Shown: piece after piece, positions 1 through 8,915 of the stretch
Layout of the letters: every line of letters starts with the position of its first letter
Numbering within the stretch: the first letter of the stretch is position 1
Assembly (NCBI GenBank): GCA_965223505.1
Contig: CBDCWP010000030.1
Span: 128,001 to 192,000, forward strand
Source: Planctomycetota bacterium
Lineage (GTDB): Bacteria > Planctomycetota > PLA2 > JAEUHO01
Length of the DNA: 64,000 bases
Direction: 5' to 3'
Notes under the pieces: model-generated
Told to the model about the DNA's origin: nothing
Databases searched by the model: none
Seen by the model: the letters and a program-made list of their open reading frames with translations, nothing else
Position numbers and translations under genes: made by a program

Positions 1-23
1 GATTCGAGCAGGCCGAGCGCTGC

Positions 24-929
24 GTGGAGCTGGGTGGACGCGGGCTGCAACGCCGGCTGTGCGTGGTCAACCAGAAGGGCGGCGTCGGCAAGACGACCAC
101 CGCGTTCACGCTCGCGGCGGCCCTGGCGGATCTCGGTCGTCGGGTCCTGGCGGTCGACCTCGACGCCCAGGCGAACCTGACGACGTCGTTCGGATTCGAC
201 CCCGATCTACTGGACCTGACGAGCTCGGACCTGCTGGTCGAGGAGCACGTGACCCCCGAGGACGTGATCCTCGAGACCGCGATCGAAGGCGTGCACGCCA
301 TTCCGGCCGACATCAAGCTTTGCGCCGTCGAGACGCGCATCCAGGACATGATCATGCGCGAGCGGATCCTGCACACGAAGCTGCAGCCGCTGTACGACCG
401 CTATCACTACGTCATCTTCGACTGCCCGCCGAATCTGAGCCGCGTGACGATCAACGCACTTGTCGCGAGCGAAGAGGTCATCGTCCCCGTCGAGACGCAG
501 TCCTACTCGATCAAGGCCATCAGCGACCTCACCAACACCTTCGCGCTGCTCAAGGCGAAGATGGGCCACGACCTCCACGTGTGGCTCCTGCCCACGAAGG
601 TCGACCGCCGCATGCGGCTCGCCTGCGACATCCTCGACGCGCTCGACGAGGCGTTCCGCGGCCGGATCATGGATCCGATCCACGTGGACTCGAACCTGAT
701 CCGCGCGCCGCTGGTGTGCGAGCCGGTCACGCGCGCGTTCCCCACGACGCGCTCGTCGATCGAGTACTCGCGCATGGCGCGCTTCTTCACGCTGCCTGAC
801 GCCGACCGCACGCGCTGGATGAACCTGACGCTGGAGCAGCGGCGGCAGGTGCTCGACAAGGGCGCGTCCTCGGTCGTCGAATCGAGTGTCGGCTCGGAAA
901 AGGGCGACGGGAAGAAGGCGACGGCGTAG
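24..929 (+). CDS. ParA/Soj family ATPase (frame is open to the window edge, so the true start may lie upstream)
   Basis: Deviant Walker A NQKGGVGKTTT, VDLDAQANLT, IFDCPP and PVET motifs; no stop upstream of 24 in frame. Confidence 0.9.
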   Translation: MELGGRGLQRRLCVVNQKGGVGKTTTAFTLAAALADLGRRVLAVDLDAQANLTTSFGFDPDLLDLTSSDLLVEEHVTPEDVILETAIEGVHAIPADIKLCAVETRIQDMIMRERILHTKLQPLYDRYHYVIFDCPPNLSRVTINALVASEEVIVPVETQSYSIKAISDLTNTFALLKAKMGHDLHVWLLPTKVDRRMRLACDILDALDEAFRGRIMDPIHVDSNLIRAPLVCEPVTRAFPTTRSSIEYSRMARFFTLPDADRTRWMNLTLEQRRQVLDKGASSVVESSVGSEKGDGKKATA

Positions 930-1985
930 CTACGCCGGCAGCATCTTCCGCACCTCGCGCAGCACGCGCGCCACGCCGATCTTCGACAGGCACGGATGCC
1001 CTTCCACCGGGCAGGTGCGCAGGAAGCACGGGCTGCACGGCTCCGGCTCGTAGATCACATGCCGCGGCCCTGGGCCGATCGGCGCGCTCACGACCGGATC
1101 GCTCGCGCCGAACAACGCGAGCACCGGCGCCCCCACCGCCGCTGCCACATGCATCGGTCCGGTGTCGTTCGACACGACCACGTCGGCCTTCGACAACAAC
1201 CCGATCAGAACGTTCAGGTCGTCCGTGCGCCCGGCGCCGCGCAACAGGCCGGGCGCGCGTTGTGCGACGACACGCTCGATCGGACGCGTCGCATCCATGC
1301 CCACCGTCACGACGTCCGCGAGTCCGCCCTCGATCAGCGCGCGCGCAAGATCGCCGAAGTGCTCGGCCGGCCAACACTTCGCCGCGCCGTAGCTGGCCCC
1401 AGGCTCGAGCACCACCAGCGGCCGCTCGGTCTTGCGGCCGAGCGCCAGCAACAGCCGCTCGGCATCGTCCACCGCGGAACGAGGCGGCGTCAGCGACCAG
1501 TCGTCCTCGACCGTGGCGCCGAACGCCTCGGCAAGCGACGCGAAGTAGCGGCTTCGGTGCGCACTTCGAAGCGGCCGCCAGCCCGTCAAGGGATGCGTGA
1601 GAAACCGGCGCCGGCCGGGCGCGTCGTAGCCGACCCGTACCCGGATGCGCGCCAGCCAAGGGCCCAGCGCCGAGCGAAACGAACGCGGGAAGATCAACGC
1701 CGCGTCGGCCTCGAGCTCCCGCAACGCGCGGCGGCTTCGGAGCAGGTCGCGCAGGCCCTTGTCGCGCCCGGCGGGCACGACCTTCGAAACGCCCGGAAGC
1801 AGCGCCGCGAGCGGCATGAAAGGCCTCTTGACCTGGGCGACGAGCTCGACGTCGGGCCGCGCGCGATGAATCGCCGCTACCGTCGGCGCTGCCATGACGA
1901 CGTCGCCGAGCCAGTTCGGCAGCCGTACGAGGAGGCGGCGAATGTCGCCGCTCACGCTGCCGACGTGGATCTGTTCGGCTTCCAA
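930..1985 (-). CDS. waaF: Lipopolysaccharide heptosyltransferase II (GT9); start uncertain
   Basis: LVRLPNWLGDVVMA, PGASYGAAKCWP, VSNDTGPMHVAAA and C-terminal CSPCFLRTCP..H.CL motifs. Confidence 0.88.
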   Translation of the reverse strand: MEAEQIHVGSVSGDIRRLLVRLPNWLGDVVMAAPTVAAIHRARPDVELVAQVKRPFMPLAALLPGVSKVVPAGRDKGLRDLLRSRRALRELEADAALIFPRSFRSALGPWLARIRVRVGYDAPGRRRFLTHPLTGWRPLRSAHRSRYFASLAEAFGATVEDDWSLTPPRSAVDDAERLLLALGRKTERPLVVLEPGASYGAAKCWPAEHFGDLARALIEGGLADVVTVGMDATRPIERVVAQRAPGLLRGAGRTDDLNVLIGLLSKADVVVSNDTGPMHVAAAVGAPVLALFGASDPVVSAPIGPGPRHVIYEPEPCSPCFLRTCPVEGHPCLSKIGVARVLREVRKMLPA

Positions 1986-2004
1986 GAGCCCCGCGGGATT
2001 CAGA

Positions 2005-2169
2005 TCACCGGGCCGTCGACGGCTGCGCGTCGATCATGTAGCGCGCGTAGAAGATGATCAGCGCGAGGAACAAGATACCGAAGCACAGCTTCAGCCATCC
2101 GGGGACCTTCGCGTGCCCCTCGACGATGCCGATGTCTTCGCTCGGGTCGTTCTCGTGGGTGTCACTCAT
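2005..2169 (-). CDS. 54-aa single-TM peptide resembling the N-terminal helix of cbb3 subunit CcoP (FixP_N-like); not in the ORF track
   Basis: Hand translation MSDTHENDPSEDIGIVEGHAKVPGWLKLCFGILFLALIIFYARYMIDAQPSTAR; GIxE-x5-PxW plus hydrophobic helix; purine-rich RBS (GAGGGA); directly after ccoS. Confidence 0.75.
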   Translation of the reverse strand: MSDTHENDPSEDIGIVEGHAKVPGWLKLCFGILFLALIIFYARYMIDAQPSTAR

Positions 2170-2186
2170 GGCCGTCGATTCCCTCG

Positions 2187-2408
2187 CTATCGTGCCTTCT
2201 CGTCATCCTGCGCGCCGACGGTAACGGTCTCGTCGTCGCCGGACGGAGAATCGGCGCGCTCGTACTCCTGGTTGTCCCATTCGAGCATCTGCTCGGCGGT
2301 CTCCTCGGCGTCCCTGAACTGCCCGGAGCGGACCGCCCACATGAAGATCAGCCACGCCGCGAGCCCCATGAAGAGGCACATCAGGAAGAGGAACCAGGTG
2401 AGGGACAT
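2187..2408 (-). CDS. ccoS: cbb3-type oxidase maturation protein CcoS/FixS (alternative GTG start at 2423)
   Basis: MSLTWFLFLMCLFMGLAAWLIFMWAVRSGQFRDAE matches the FxWAVxSGQFxD signature; follows ccoI. Confidence 0.9.
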   Translation of the reverse strand: MSLTWFLFLMCLFMGLAAWLIFMWAVRSGQFRDAEETAEQMLEWDNQEYERADSPSGDDETVTVGAQDDEKAR

Positions 2409-2467
2409 GCTGAAGGCGAGCACGCTGGAATGGTACCTACTGTGGAGGATTCCTGCCCCGTTTGCGG

Positions 2468-4573
2468 TCAGCCGGGCTCGGCCGCGTCGAGAATCCGGGC
2501 AAGCGTCATGCGCAGCCGCACCGAGTTGCCGATGACGAACAGGCTCGACGCCACCATCGCCAACGCCGCCAGCACCGGCGGAAGACCCCGCCACGCGGCC
2601 CAGGTGACGGCAGCCCCGTTGTAGGCGAAGGCCCAGAACAGGTTCCACGCGACCGTGCGGCGTGTTCGCCGCGACGCCTCGAGCAACGCGGGAATCCGCT
2701 GCAAGTCGTTGCCGAGCAGGCTCACGTCGGCGGACTCCTTGGCGAGCGCCGTTCCCGACCCGACCGCGATGCCGAGGTCGGCCGCGGCGAGCGCCGGCGC
2801 GTCGTTCAGCCCGTCGCCGACGAAGACGACCCCCCTGTCGCTCTGCGCTCGCAGCTCGCTGACGGCCTCCACCTTCTCCGTCGGCAGGAGCGCGCCGCGC
2901 ACGTGCTCTGCATCGACGCCGACGCGCGCCGACACCGCCCGCGCGCGGTCGACGGCGTCGCCCGAGAGCACCCGCACGTCGAGGCCCTCGTCCCGTAGCG
3001 CGCGCACGGTCGGCCCTGCGCTGTCGCGCGGCGCGTCGTCGAGGTCGATGGCGCCGATCAAGTTGCCGTCGAGCTGTACCGAGACGGGCAGTCCGACGGT
3101 CGCGGCGCCGAGCCACCCGGCACTGCCGACGCACACCGTGCGCGTACGCCCGTTCACGGTGATCGTTCCCTCGATACCGAGCCCCGGATGCACCTTCGTC
3201 TCGACCGCTTCGAAGAGCTCGAGTTCGCGCGCCTGCGCCGCGTGGACGATGCCGCGCGCCCAGGCATGCTCGCTGTGGCGCTCGAGCGACGCCGCGTAGC
3301 GCAGCACGTCGTTCTCGTCGACGTCGACCGTCGGTACGACGCGTGACACCGCCGGTTCACCGCGCGTCAACGTGCCGGTCTTGTCGAAGACGACCGTGCC
3401 GACGTCGGGCAACTCGGAGAGCGCGCTACCGGACCGGACCAGCACACCGCGCGCGGCGAGTCGTCCGAGCGCCGCGGTGGTCGCGAGCGGGGTCGCGATC
3501 CCCAGGGCGCACGGGCACGCGACGACGAGGATCGACAGGCCGCGCATGACGGCATCCGCCACGTTGGCCCCGCCACGCAGCTGCAGCACGCACACCACGA
3601 CGGCGAGCACGAGCACCGCCGGAACGAAGACGGCCGCGATGCGGTCGGCGAGCCGCTCCGCCGGCGCGCGCTCCGCACGGGCGTGGGAGAGCACCTTGCC
3701 GATCTGGGCGAGCAACGTCTCGCTGCCCACGCGCTCGACACGCACGACCAACGCGCCGTCGGCGGGGACGGTCGGGGACCGCACCTCGTCGCCCTCGCCG
3801 ACAACGCGCGGCAGCGGCTCGCCCGTGAGCGCCGCCTCGTCGACGTGCGCCTTCCCCCACACGACGCGACCGTCGGCGGGAATCGCCTCCCCCGGAAGCA
3901 CGCGTACGCGGTCGCCGACCTCCAAGGCGTCCGCGGCGACGTCGACCTCGATCTCTTCGCCGTTCCTGGTTTCGATGCGCCGGGCCGGACGGCCGGCGTC
4001 GCTCAGGAACGTGCGCAACCCCGCCGTTGCGCGCTCTTTCGCGGACGCCTCGAGCCAGCGGCCCACCGTGACCAGCGTCGCCAACCCGGCGACGGTGTCG
4101 AAGTAGAGCGGGTCGGCCTCGCCACGCGCCATCGTCGCGACCGACGCCGCGTAGCCGGCGAAGATGCCCAGCCCGATCAGCAGATCCGCTCCGATCCGCA
4201 GGCGGCGAAGCTGCGCCAGCGCGTTCCAAAGGTACGGAACGCCGAGTACGAGCAATACCGGCGTCGTCGCGACGAGCATCGCCCACGGCGCGAACGCCTC
4301 GTACGACGCTTCTTCCGCGGCTTCGGGCGTGACGTAGCGCACCCACTGGATGAGCATCACGATCATCGTCATGACGACGCCGAGGCCGATGCGCAGCAGG
4401 AACGCCGCGGCCTCGCTGCCGCCTTCCCCCTTGCCGCCGCCCGCGAAGCGCCATGCGATCGAACATCCGAGGCAGCAAAAAGCGCGCTCAGTCTCGTCGT
4501 AGACACGCTCCACGCCGCCGACGCCGACCGGCAGCGCGCAGTGGTCGCAAAACTGGGTCTCGTGCGTGCTCAC
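2468..4573 (-). CDS. ccoI: P1B-type Cu-translocating ATPase, CcoI/FixI type
   Basis: N-terminal CxHC...CCxGC, TGEP, CPCALG, DKTGTLT, GDGLNDAP, YN and M(x)xSS motifs; cbb3 context. Confidence 0.9.
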   Translation of the reverse strand: MSTHETQFCDHCALPVGVGGVERVYDETERAFCCLGCSIAWRFAGGGKGEGGSEAAAFLLRIGLGVVMTMIVMLIQWVRYVTPEAAEEASYEAFAPWAMLVATTPVLLVLGVPYLWNALAQLRRLRIGADLLIGLGIFAGYAASVATMARGEADPLYFDTVAGLATLVTVGRWLEASAKERATAGLRTFLSDAGRPARRIETRNGEEIEVDVAADALEVGDRVRVLPGEAIPADGRVVWGKAHVDEAALTGEPLPRVVGEGDEVRSPTVPADGALVVRVERVGSETLLAQIGKVLSHARAERAPAERLADRIAAVFVPAVLVLAVVVCVLQLRGGANVADAVMRGLSILVVACPCALGIATPLATTAALGRLAARGVLVRSGSALSELPDVGTVVFDKTGTLTRGEPAVSRVVPTVDVDENDVLRYAASLERHSEHAWARGIVHAAQARELELFEAVETKVHPGLGIEGTITVNGRTRTVCVGSAGWLGAATVGLPVSVQLDGNLIGAIDLDDAPRDSAGPTVRALRDEGLDVRVLSGDAVDRARAVSARVGVDAEHVRGALLPTEKVEAVSELRAQSDRGVVFVGDGLNDAPALAAADLGIAVGSGTALAKESADVSLLGNDLQRIPALLEASRRTRRTVAWNLFWAFAYNGAAVTWAAWRGLPPVLAALAMVASSLFVIGNSVRLRMTLARILDAAEPG

Positions 4574-4577
4574 AGGC

Positions 4578-5252
4578 CTAGTGGTGCGTGTGTCCGAAGT
4601 GCAACAAGTCGGGGAACATCCCGCGCAACAACGTGACGACGCCGAGCAACAACACGACGACGCCCGCGACGCGGATGAACTTCACCCGCGTCTGCGCGCG
4701 GATCTTCGCGCCCGTCAACGCGACGAGCAGCAACGCCGGCGCCGAGGTCAATCCGAGGATGGACATGGTCCCCATCGCGCCGAGCACCGACCCCACCTTG
4801 AGCGCGTACGCGAGAAACGCGTAGACGAGCGGGCACGGAAGAAACCCCGTGAGCGCGCCCATCGCGAGCGGTGCGACGGGCCCACGGATGTTGAGCGCGG
4901 CGTTCACTCCCTTGCCATAGAGCGAGTCGGGACCGAACCACGAACCGACGGGCAGCTCCTTGAGCAGGCCCATGATCTGCAGGCCCGCCAGGATCATGAG
5001 GCAGCCCGCGACCACGGACAGCACGATCTGCGCGGAATGAAACCAGGGCGCGCGCAGCAATGCCGCTCCCGCCAAGCCGGCGATGCCGCCCAGCAGGACG
5101 TACGTGGACGTCTTGCCTAGATGGAAGAGCGCCTGCGCGCCGACGCGTCGCCAGGGAAAGGCGCCCGGCCGATCCAGCGCGATGACGAAGCCGCCGCACA
5201 TCCCGACACAGTGAAGGGAGCCCATCAGGCCGGTGGTGACCAGCTCCCACAT
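4578..5252 (-). CDS. DsbD_2/TauE-SafE-like membrane protein of cbb3 assembly clusters
   Basis: GSLHCVGMCGG and GFLPCPLVY motifs, about 6 TM helices. Confidence 0.88.
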   Translation of the reverse strand: MWELVTTGLMGSLHCVGMCGGFVIALDRPGAFPWRRVGAQALFHLGKTSTYVLLGGIAGLAGAALLRAPWFHSAQIVLSVVAGCLMILAGLQIMGLLKELPVGSWFGPDSLYGKGVNAALNIRGPVAPLAMGALTGFLPCPLVYAFLAYALKVGSVLGAMGTMSILGLTSAPALLLVALTGAKIRAQTRVKFIRVAGVVVLLLGVVTLLRGMFPDLLHFGHTHH

Positions 5253-5270
5253 GCGTGATCCCGCGCGGCG

Positions 5271-7319
5271 TTACTCGTCCTCTTCTTCGAGCATGTACGG
5301 CCAGCCCAGGCCGGACAGGTGGCGCACGTACAGCACGAGCGCCCAGTCGTCACCCATGAACAGCCGATTGCGTCTCTCGTAGGTACGGCGGAACGACTCG
5401 ATGAACTCGGCGTCGGCGCCGTTCTCGTCCTTGCCCGAGACGACGCCGTCGATGCCCTCCTTGAGCGGATGGAACAGCTTCTGCCGCGCGACCATCGCCG
5501 CGGCGTCGATCTGGTCCTGGGGCGCGCCGTCCGCCTTCAGCTGCGCCAGCGCGTCCGCTTCGTCGAACTTCTTGTCCATCTCGGCGGGCGGCATGCCGGC
5601 GCCGGCCAGCCCCGTGTAGATCGTGCGGAACAGGTCCTCGGGCGTCGCGCCGCCGCGATAGCGAAGCGCGACGATGTCGCGTTCGTTGCGCGGCACGAAG
5701 TCGCGCGGACGGATCACGCCGCCGTTGTCCTTCGTCTGTGTGTTCCACCCGGGGCCGTCGCCACGGCCCTCGGTGCCGTGGCAGTTGTTGCAGTTCATCG
5801 CCATGTAGACCGCGCGTCCGCGCGCGACGAGATCGTCGTACTCCTCGGCCGCGATGCGCGGCACGGCGGGCACTGGAACGGTCTTCGCGACGTCGTTCCA
5901 CGGCTTGCCGTAGTCGCCGCGCTTCGACTCGCGGAGAGACTTCACGTAGTCCACGACGAGCCACATCTGATCCTCGGTCAGCTTCTCACGCCAGGACGGC
6001 ATGGAGCTCCCAGGTAGTCCGCGGTAGAGCGTGCGGAAGATGTCGCCGTCGAGCGGCATCGACGCGTACGTCGTGCTTCGATAGCGATAGACACCCAACG
6101 TGAAGTTGCGGGGCCGCACGAGCAGGAACGCCGACGCGTCGCCGTTGCCACGGCCCTCGTCGCCGTGGCAGACGGCGCAGTGCTGGTCGAACAGGGCCTT
6201 GCCCTGCGTCAGCCGCTTGTCCCACGCGGGATTGGCGTCGCGCCAAGCCGCCATGAGCGCGTCGTACTCGCGCGTGTAGTTGGCCGACTCGCGCAGCGCC
6301 TCGGGCGTTGCGTTGGTGCGGTGGTAGCCGTACCGGCGGGCGGCGTTGTCGCGCTGGGGCATCATGCCGTCGCCGATCTTCGCGGTCCGCGTCTCCCACT
6401 CGTTGTCGCCGACCGCGGCCTCGTACTCGACCTCGACGCCCTTCATGGGCGGCGGATCGGCGCGCACCGCATGCACCGGCGGGACGGGCTTGCGCCAGGG
6501 GCCGATCGAGACGCCGAGACGCTGCAAGTAGGTCACGAGGTCACGCCCGTCGCGGGTGATGCGCGGGCGGGAGTCGTAGTTCGACAGCAGCCCGTCCCCG
6601 CTGTCCTCGCCGGTGAAGACGTTCTCGTACGCTCGGTTGCCGTCGGCGTCGAGCCAGATGTCGGAGCCGTCGCCGGTCTGCTTGGCCTGCGGCTCCAACA
6701 CGCCGCCGGTGTCGTACCGATCGCTCTTCATCATCTTGAGCAGGTCTTCGACCCGGTCGGCAGGCCAGAACTCGCGCGAGTCGAAGTCGCCCTTGGGCGA
6801 TACGACGCCGTCGCCGTCCGAGTCGAGCTTCGCGATCAGGGCATCGACGTCGTCGTGCCACGGGTAGTCCTTGAAGAGCCAGGGAAACGCCGGCATGACG
6901 CTGGCCTTCACGGTGTAGCGCGGGTTGTAGAGGTGGGCGATGTGCCAGTCGTCGACGCGCCGCCAGCCCTCGCGCGCCAAGTCGGGGCCGATCCGGCGGG
7001 TCGAGTACAGGTGCGGCGTGTCGATCGCGCTCTCGCCGGGCTGCGAGACGGGGCCCCAGCGGTACTCTTCGTTGTTGACCGGGCGCACGAACTGGCTGTG
7101 ACAGTGCCAGCACACCTGATTGATGTACACGTCGCGGCCGCTCGCTTCTTCCGCCGTGTACGGCGCCACGTCGACCTTGTTGCCGTGGATGTCGATCACC
7201 GTCGCCTCGTCGGCGTTGGTGAGCATCCACGGCGCCCAGACGATGATGGCGCCCGCGAAGAAGTAGCAGAAGAAGCCGGCCATGAGGGCGACGCCGCCGA
7301 AGCTCTCGAGAATCTTCAT
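5271..7319 (-). CDS. ccoO: cbb3 oxidase subunit II (CcoO) fused to two additional c-type cytochrome domains
   Basis: GRDVY...CWHCHSQFVRP...RxGPDLAREG...HLYNPR...SVMPAFPWL (CcoO), then CAVCH and CNNCH domains. Confidence 0.9.
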   Translation of the reverse strand: MKILESFGGVALMAGFFCYFFAGAIIVWAPWMLTNADEATVIDIHGNKVDVAPYTAEEASGRDVYINQVCWHCHSQFVRPVNNEEYRWGPVSQPGESAIDTPHLYSTRRIGPDLAREGWRRVDDWHIAHLYNPRYTVKASVMPAFPWLFKDYPWHDDVDALIAKLDSDGDGVVSPKGDFDSREFWPADRVEDLLKMMKSDRYDTGGVLEPQAKQTGDGSDIWLDADGNRAYENVFTGEDSGDGLLSNYDSRPRITRDGRDLVTYLQRLGVSIGPWRKPVPPVHAVRADPPPMKGVEVEYEAAVGDNEWETRTAKIGDGMMPQRDNAARRYGYHRTNATPEALRESANYTREYDALMAAWRDANPAWDKRLTQGKALFDQHCAVCHGDEGRGNGDASAFLLVRPRNFTLGVYRYRSTTYASMPLDGDIFRTLYRGLPGSSMPSWREKLTEDQMWLVVDYVKSLRESKRGDYGKPWNDVAKTVPVPAVPRIAAEEYDDLVARGRAVYMAMNCNNCHGTEGRGDGPGWNTQTKDNGGVIRPRDFVPRNERDIVALRYRGGATPEDLFRTIYTGLAGAGMPPAEMDKKFDEADALAQLKADGAPQDQIDAAAMVARQKLFHPLKEGIDGVVSGKDENGADAEFIESFRRTYERRNRLFMGDDWALVLYVRHLSGLGWPYMLEEEDE

Positions 7320-7328
7320 CGCTACCTC

Positions 7329-8810
7329 CTAGTTCCCAGCCGTGCCGACCGGCGAGGCGGTCAGCTCTTCGGTTTCGACCGGGTTCTGGCGGCCGTCGTG
7401 CTCCTCCTCCTCCTCGCTCAGCTTGCGACCGAGGACGAGCGTCATGACCATGTTGTAGGCGAAGAGCGCAAGACCGATGTCCATCAGCGTTCCGCCGAGC
7501 GTGCGTGCGATCCAGAGCGGCTTGATCGCGATGACGGTGTCGATCCATGGGATGTCGACCGACTGCTGCATCTCGCCCTGGACGAACCCGCTGAGGGTCA
7601 GCACGGAGAACATGAGCCCGAAGCCGACGACCTGCAGCCAGAAGTGCCAGTTGGCCAGGGCGGTCGACCACAAGCCGCGTCCGGTGACGCGCGGATAGAC
7701 GAAGTACAGCGCGGCCATGATCCAGATCGAAAACGCGCCGTAGACCGCACTGTGCGCGTGGCCGACGTTGTAGTCACCGAAGTGCGTCAGCTCCTGCATC
7801 TCGCGAAACGCCTGCGTCGGCCCCTGAATGCAAGTGAGCAGGTACCAGAGCGCGCCGAGGATGCCGAACTTCACGGCGAAGTTGTAGCCGGTGAACTTGC
7901 GCCACTGGCCGATCATCGTGCCCCACATGTTCGCGGTGAACGCCAGCACGGGCAGAAGCAGCATGAGCGACGCGCCGATCGCGATCGTCTGCGCCCAGTC
8001 CGCGATCGGGCTGTAGATGTAGTGGTGCACGCCGTTGAAGGGGTAGAAGAACGCGAGCCCCCAGAACCCGATCAACGACAACGTGTGGCTCCACAGCTTG
8101 TTGCGCGCCGCGATCGGAAGGATGTAGTAGATGACGCCGATCCCCATGGGCGTGATCCACAGGCCGACGACGTTGTGCAGGTAGAAGCCGTGCAGCGCGG
8201 CGCTCGTCGCGCCGGTCGGGCCGCTCGGAAGCACCAGATTGCCGAGCGGGAGGTTGATGCCGGTCCACAGCAGGCCTGCGCTCCAATACCAGAGCGACAC
8301 GTACATGCGCTTGATGCGCCGCTTCGCGATCGTCCCTAGGTAGACCGACATCAGCGTGATGAAGGCCGCCGTGAGGGTGAGATCGATCGCGGTCCCGTAC
8401 TCGCCCGCCTCGATGGCCTGGATGTAGCCGCCGAGGAGAGCGCTCTCGCCGGCGAGCACGCCGACATTGAACACGACCATCCCGATCCACGCGGCACGGA
8501 TGTTCACCAGCGGACGCCCGGTCAGCTTGGGCACCGCGTACGTCATGAAGCCGAAGATGCCGCTGCTGAAGAGCCCGAACACGACCCCGTTCACGTGCGC
8601 GATCCGCAGGCGCCCGAACTGCAACCACTCGACGTTGCGCAGGAACTCCGGGTCGTCGAGCTTCTGCGCCGCGATCAGACCGAAGACCGGCGCCACCACC
8701 ATCCAGAACAGGGTGAAGCCGAACCACGCCCTGACGAGCTTCTTGTCGACCAGCGGCTGCCCGGTGGGTGTCGGCAGGTTCGCCGGCACCGCGGTTGCTG
8801 CGTCAGCCAT
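7329..8810 (-). CDS. ccoN: cbb3-type (C-family) heme-copper oxidase subunit I
   Basis: FGRLRIAHVN, LHNVVG, FYPFNGVHH (helix VII Tyr plus CuB His pair), VGHAH; about 12 TM helices. Confidence 0.92.
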   Translation of the reverse strand: MADAATAVPANLPTPTGQPLVDKKLVRAWFGFTLFWMVVAPVFGLIAAQKLDDPEFLRNVEWLQFGRLRIAHVNGVVFGLFSSGIFGFMTYAVPKLTGRPLVNIRAAWIGMVVFNVGVLAGESALLGGYIQAIEAGEYGTAIDLTLTAAFITLMSVYLGTIAKRRIKRMYVSLWYWSAGLLWTGINLPLGNLVLPSGPTGATSAALHGFYLHNVVGLWITPMGIGVIYYILPIAARNKLWSHTLSLIGFWGLAFFYPFNGVHHYIYSPIADWAQTIAIGASLMLLLPVLAFTANMWGTMIGQWRKFTGYNFAVKFGILGALWYLLTCIQGPTQAFREMQELTHFGDYNVGHAHSAVYGAFSIWIMAALYFVYPRVTGRGLWSTALANWHFWLQVVGFGLMFSVLTLSGFVQGEMQQSVDIPWIDTVIAIKPLWIARTLGGTLMDIGLALFAYNMVMTLVLGRKLSEEEEEHDGRQNPVETEELTASPVGTAGN

Positions 8811-8879
8811 GAGCCATGCTCCGATCCTCTCGCGTCACGCCCGGCGTCGTCGCCGGTGCGCGCGCTTCGAACTACCCTC

Positions 8880-8901
8880 GACGGCCGCCTCCGCGGCCGT
8901 C
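8880..8901 (-). promoter_or_regulatory. Perfect 9-bp GC hairpin (GGAG loop on the transcript) in the gap between the cupredoxin genes and ccoN; no U-tract
   Basis: GACGGCCGC-ctcc-GCGGCCGTC on the + strand. Confidence 0.45.
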
Positions 8902-8915
8902 TCCCATTTCGTGCG

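Noticed and set aside
7329..8810. Nitric oxide reductase rather than oxidase
   Set aside because: It retains the helix VII Tyr before the His pair and sits with ccoO, ccoI and ccoS copper-assembly genes.
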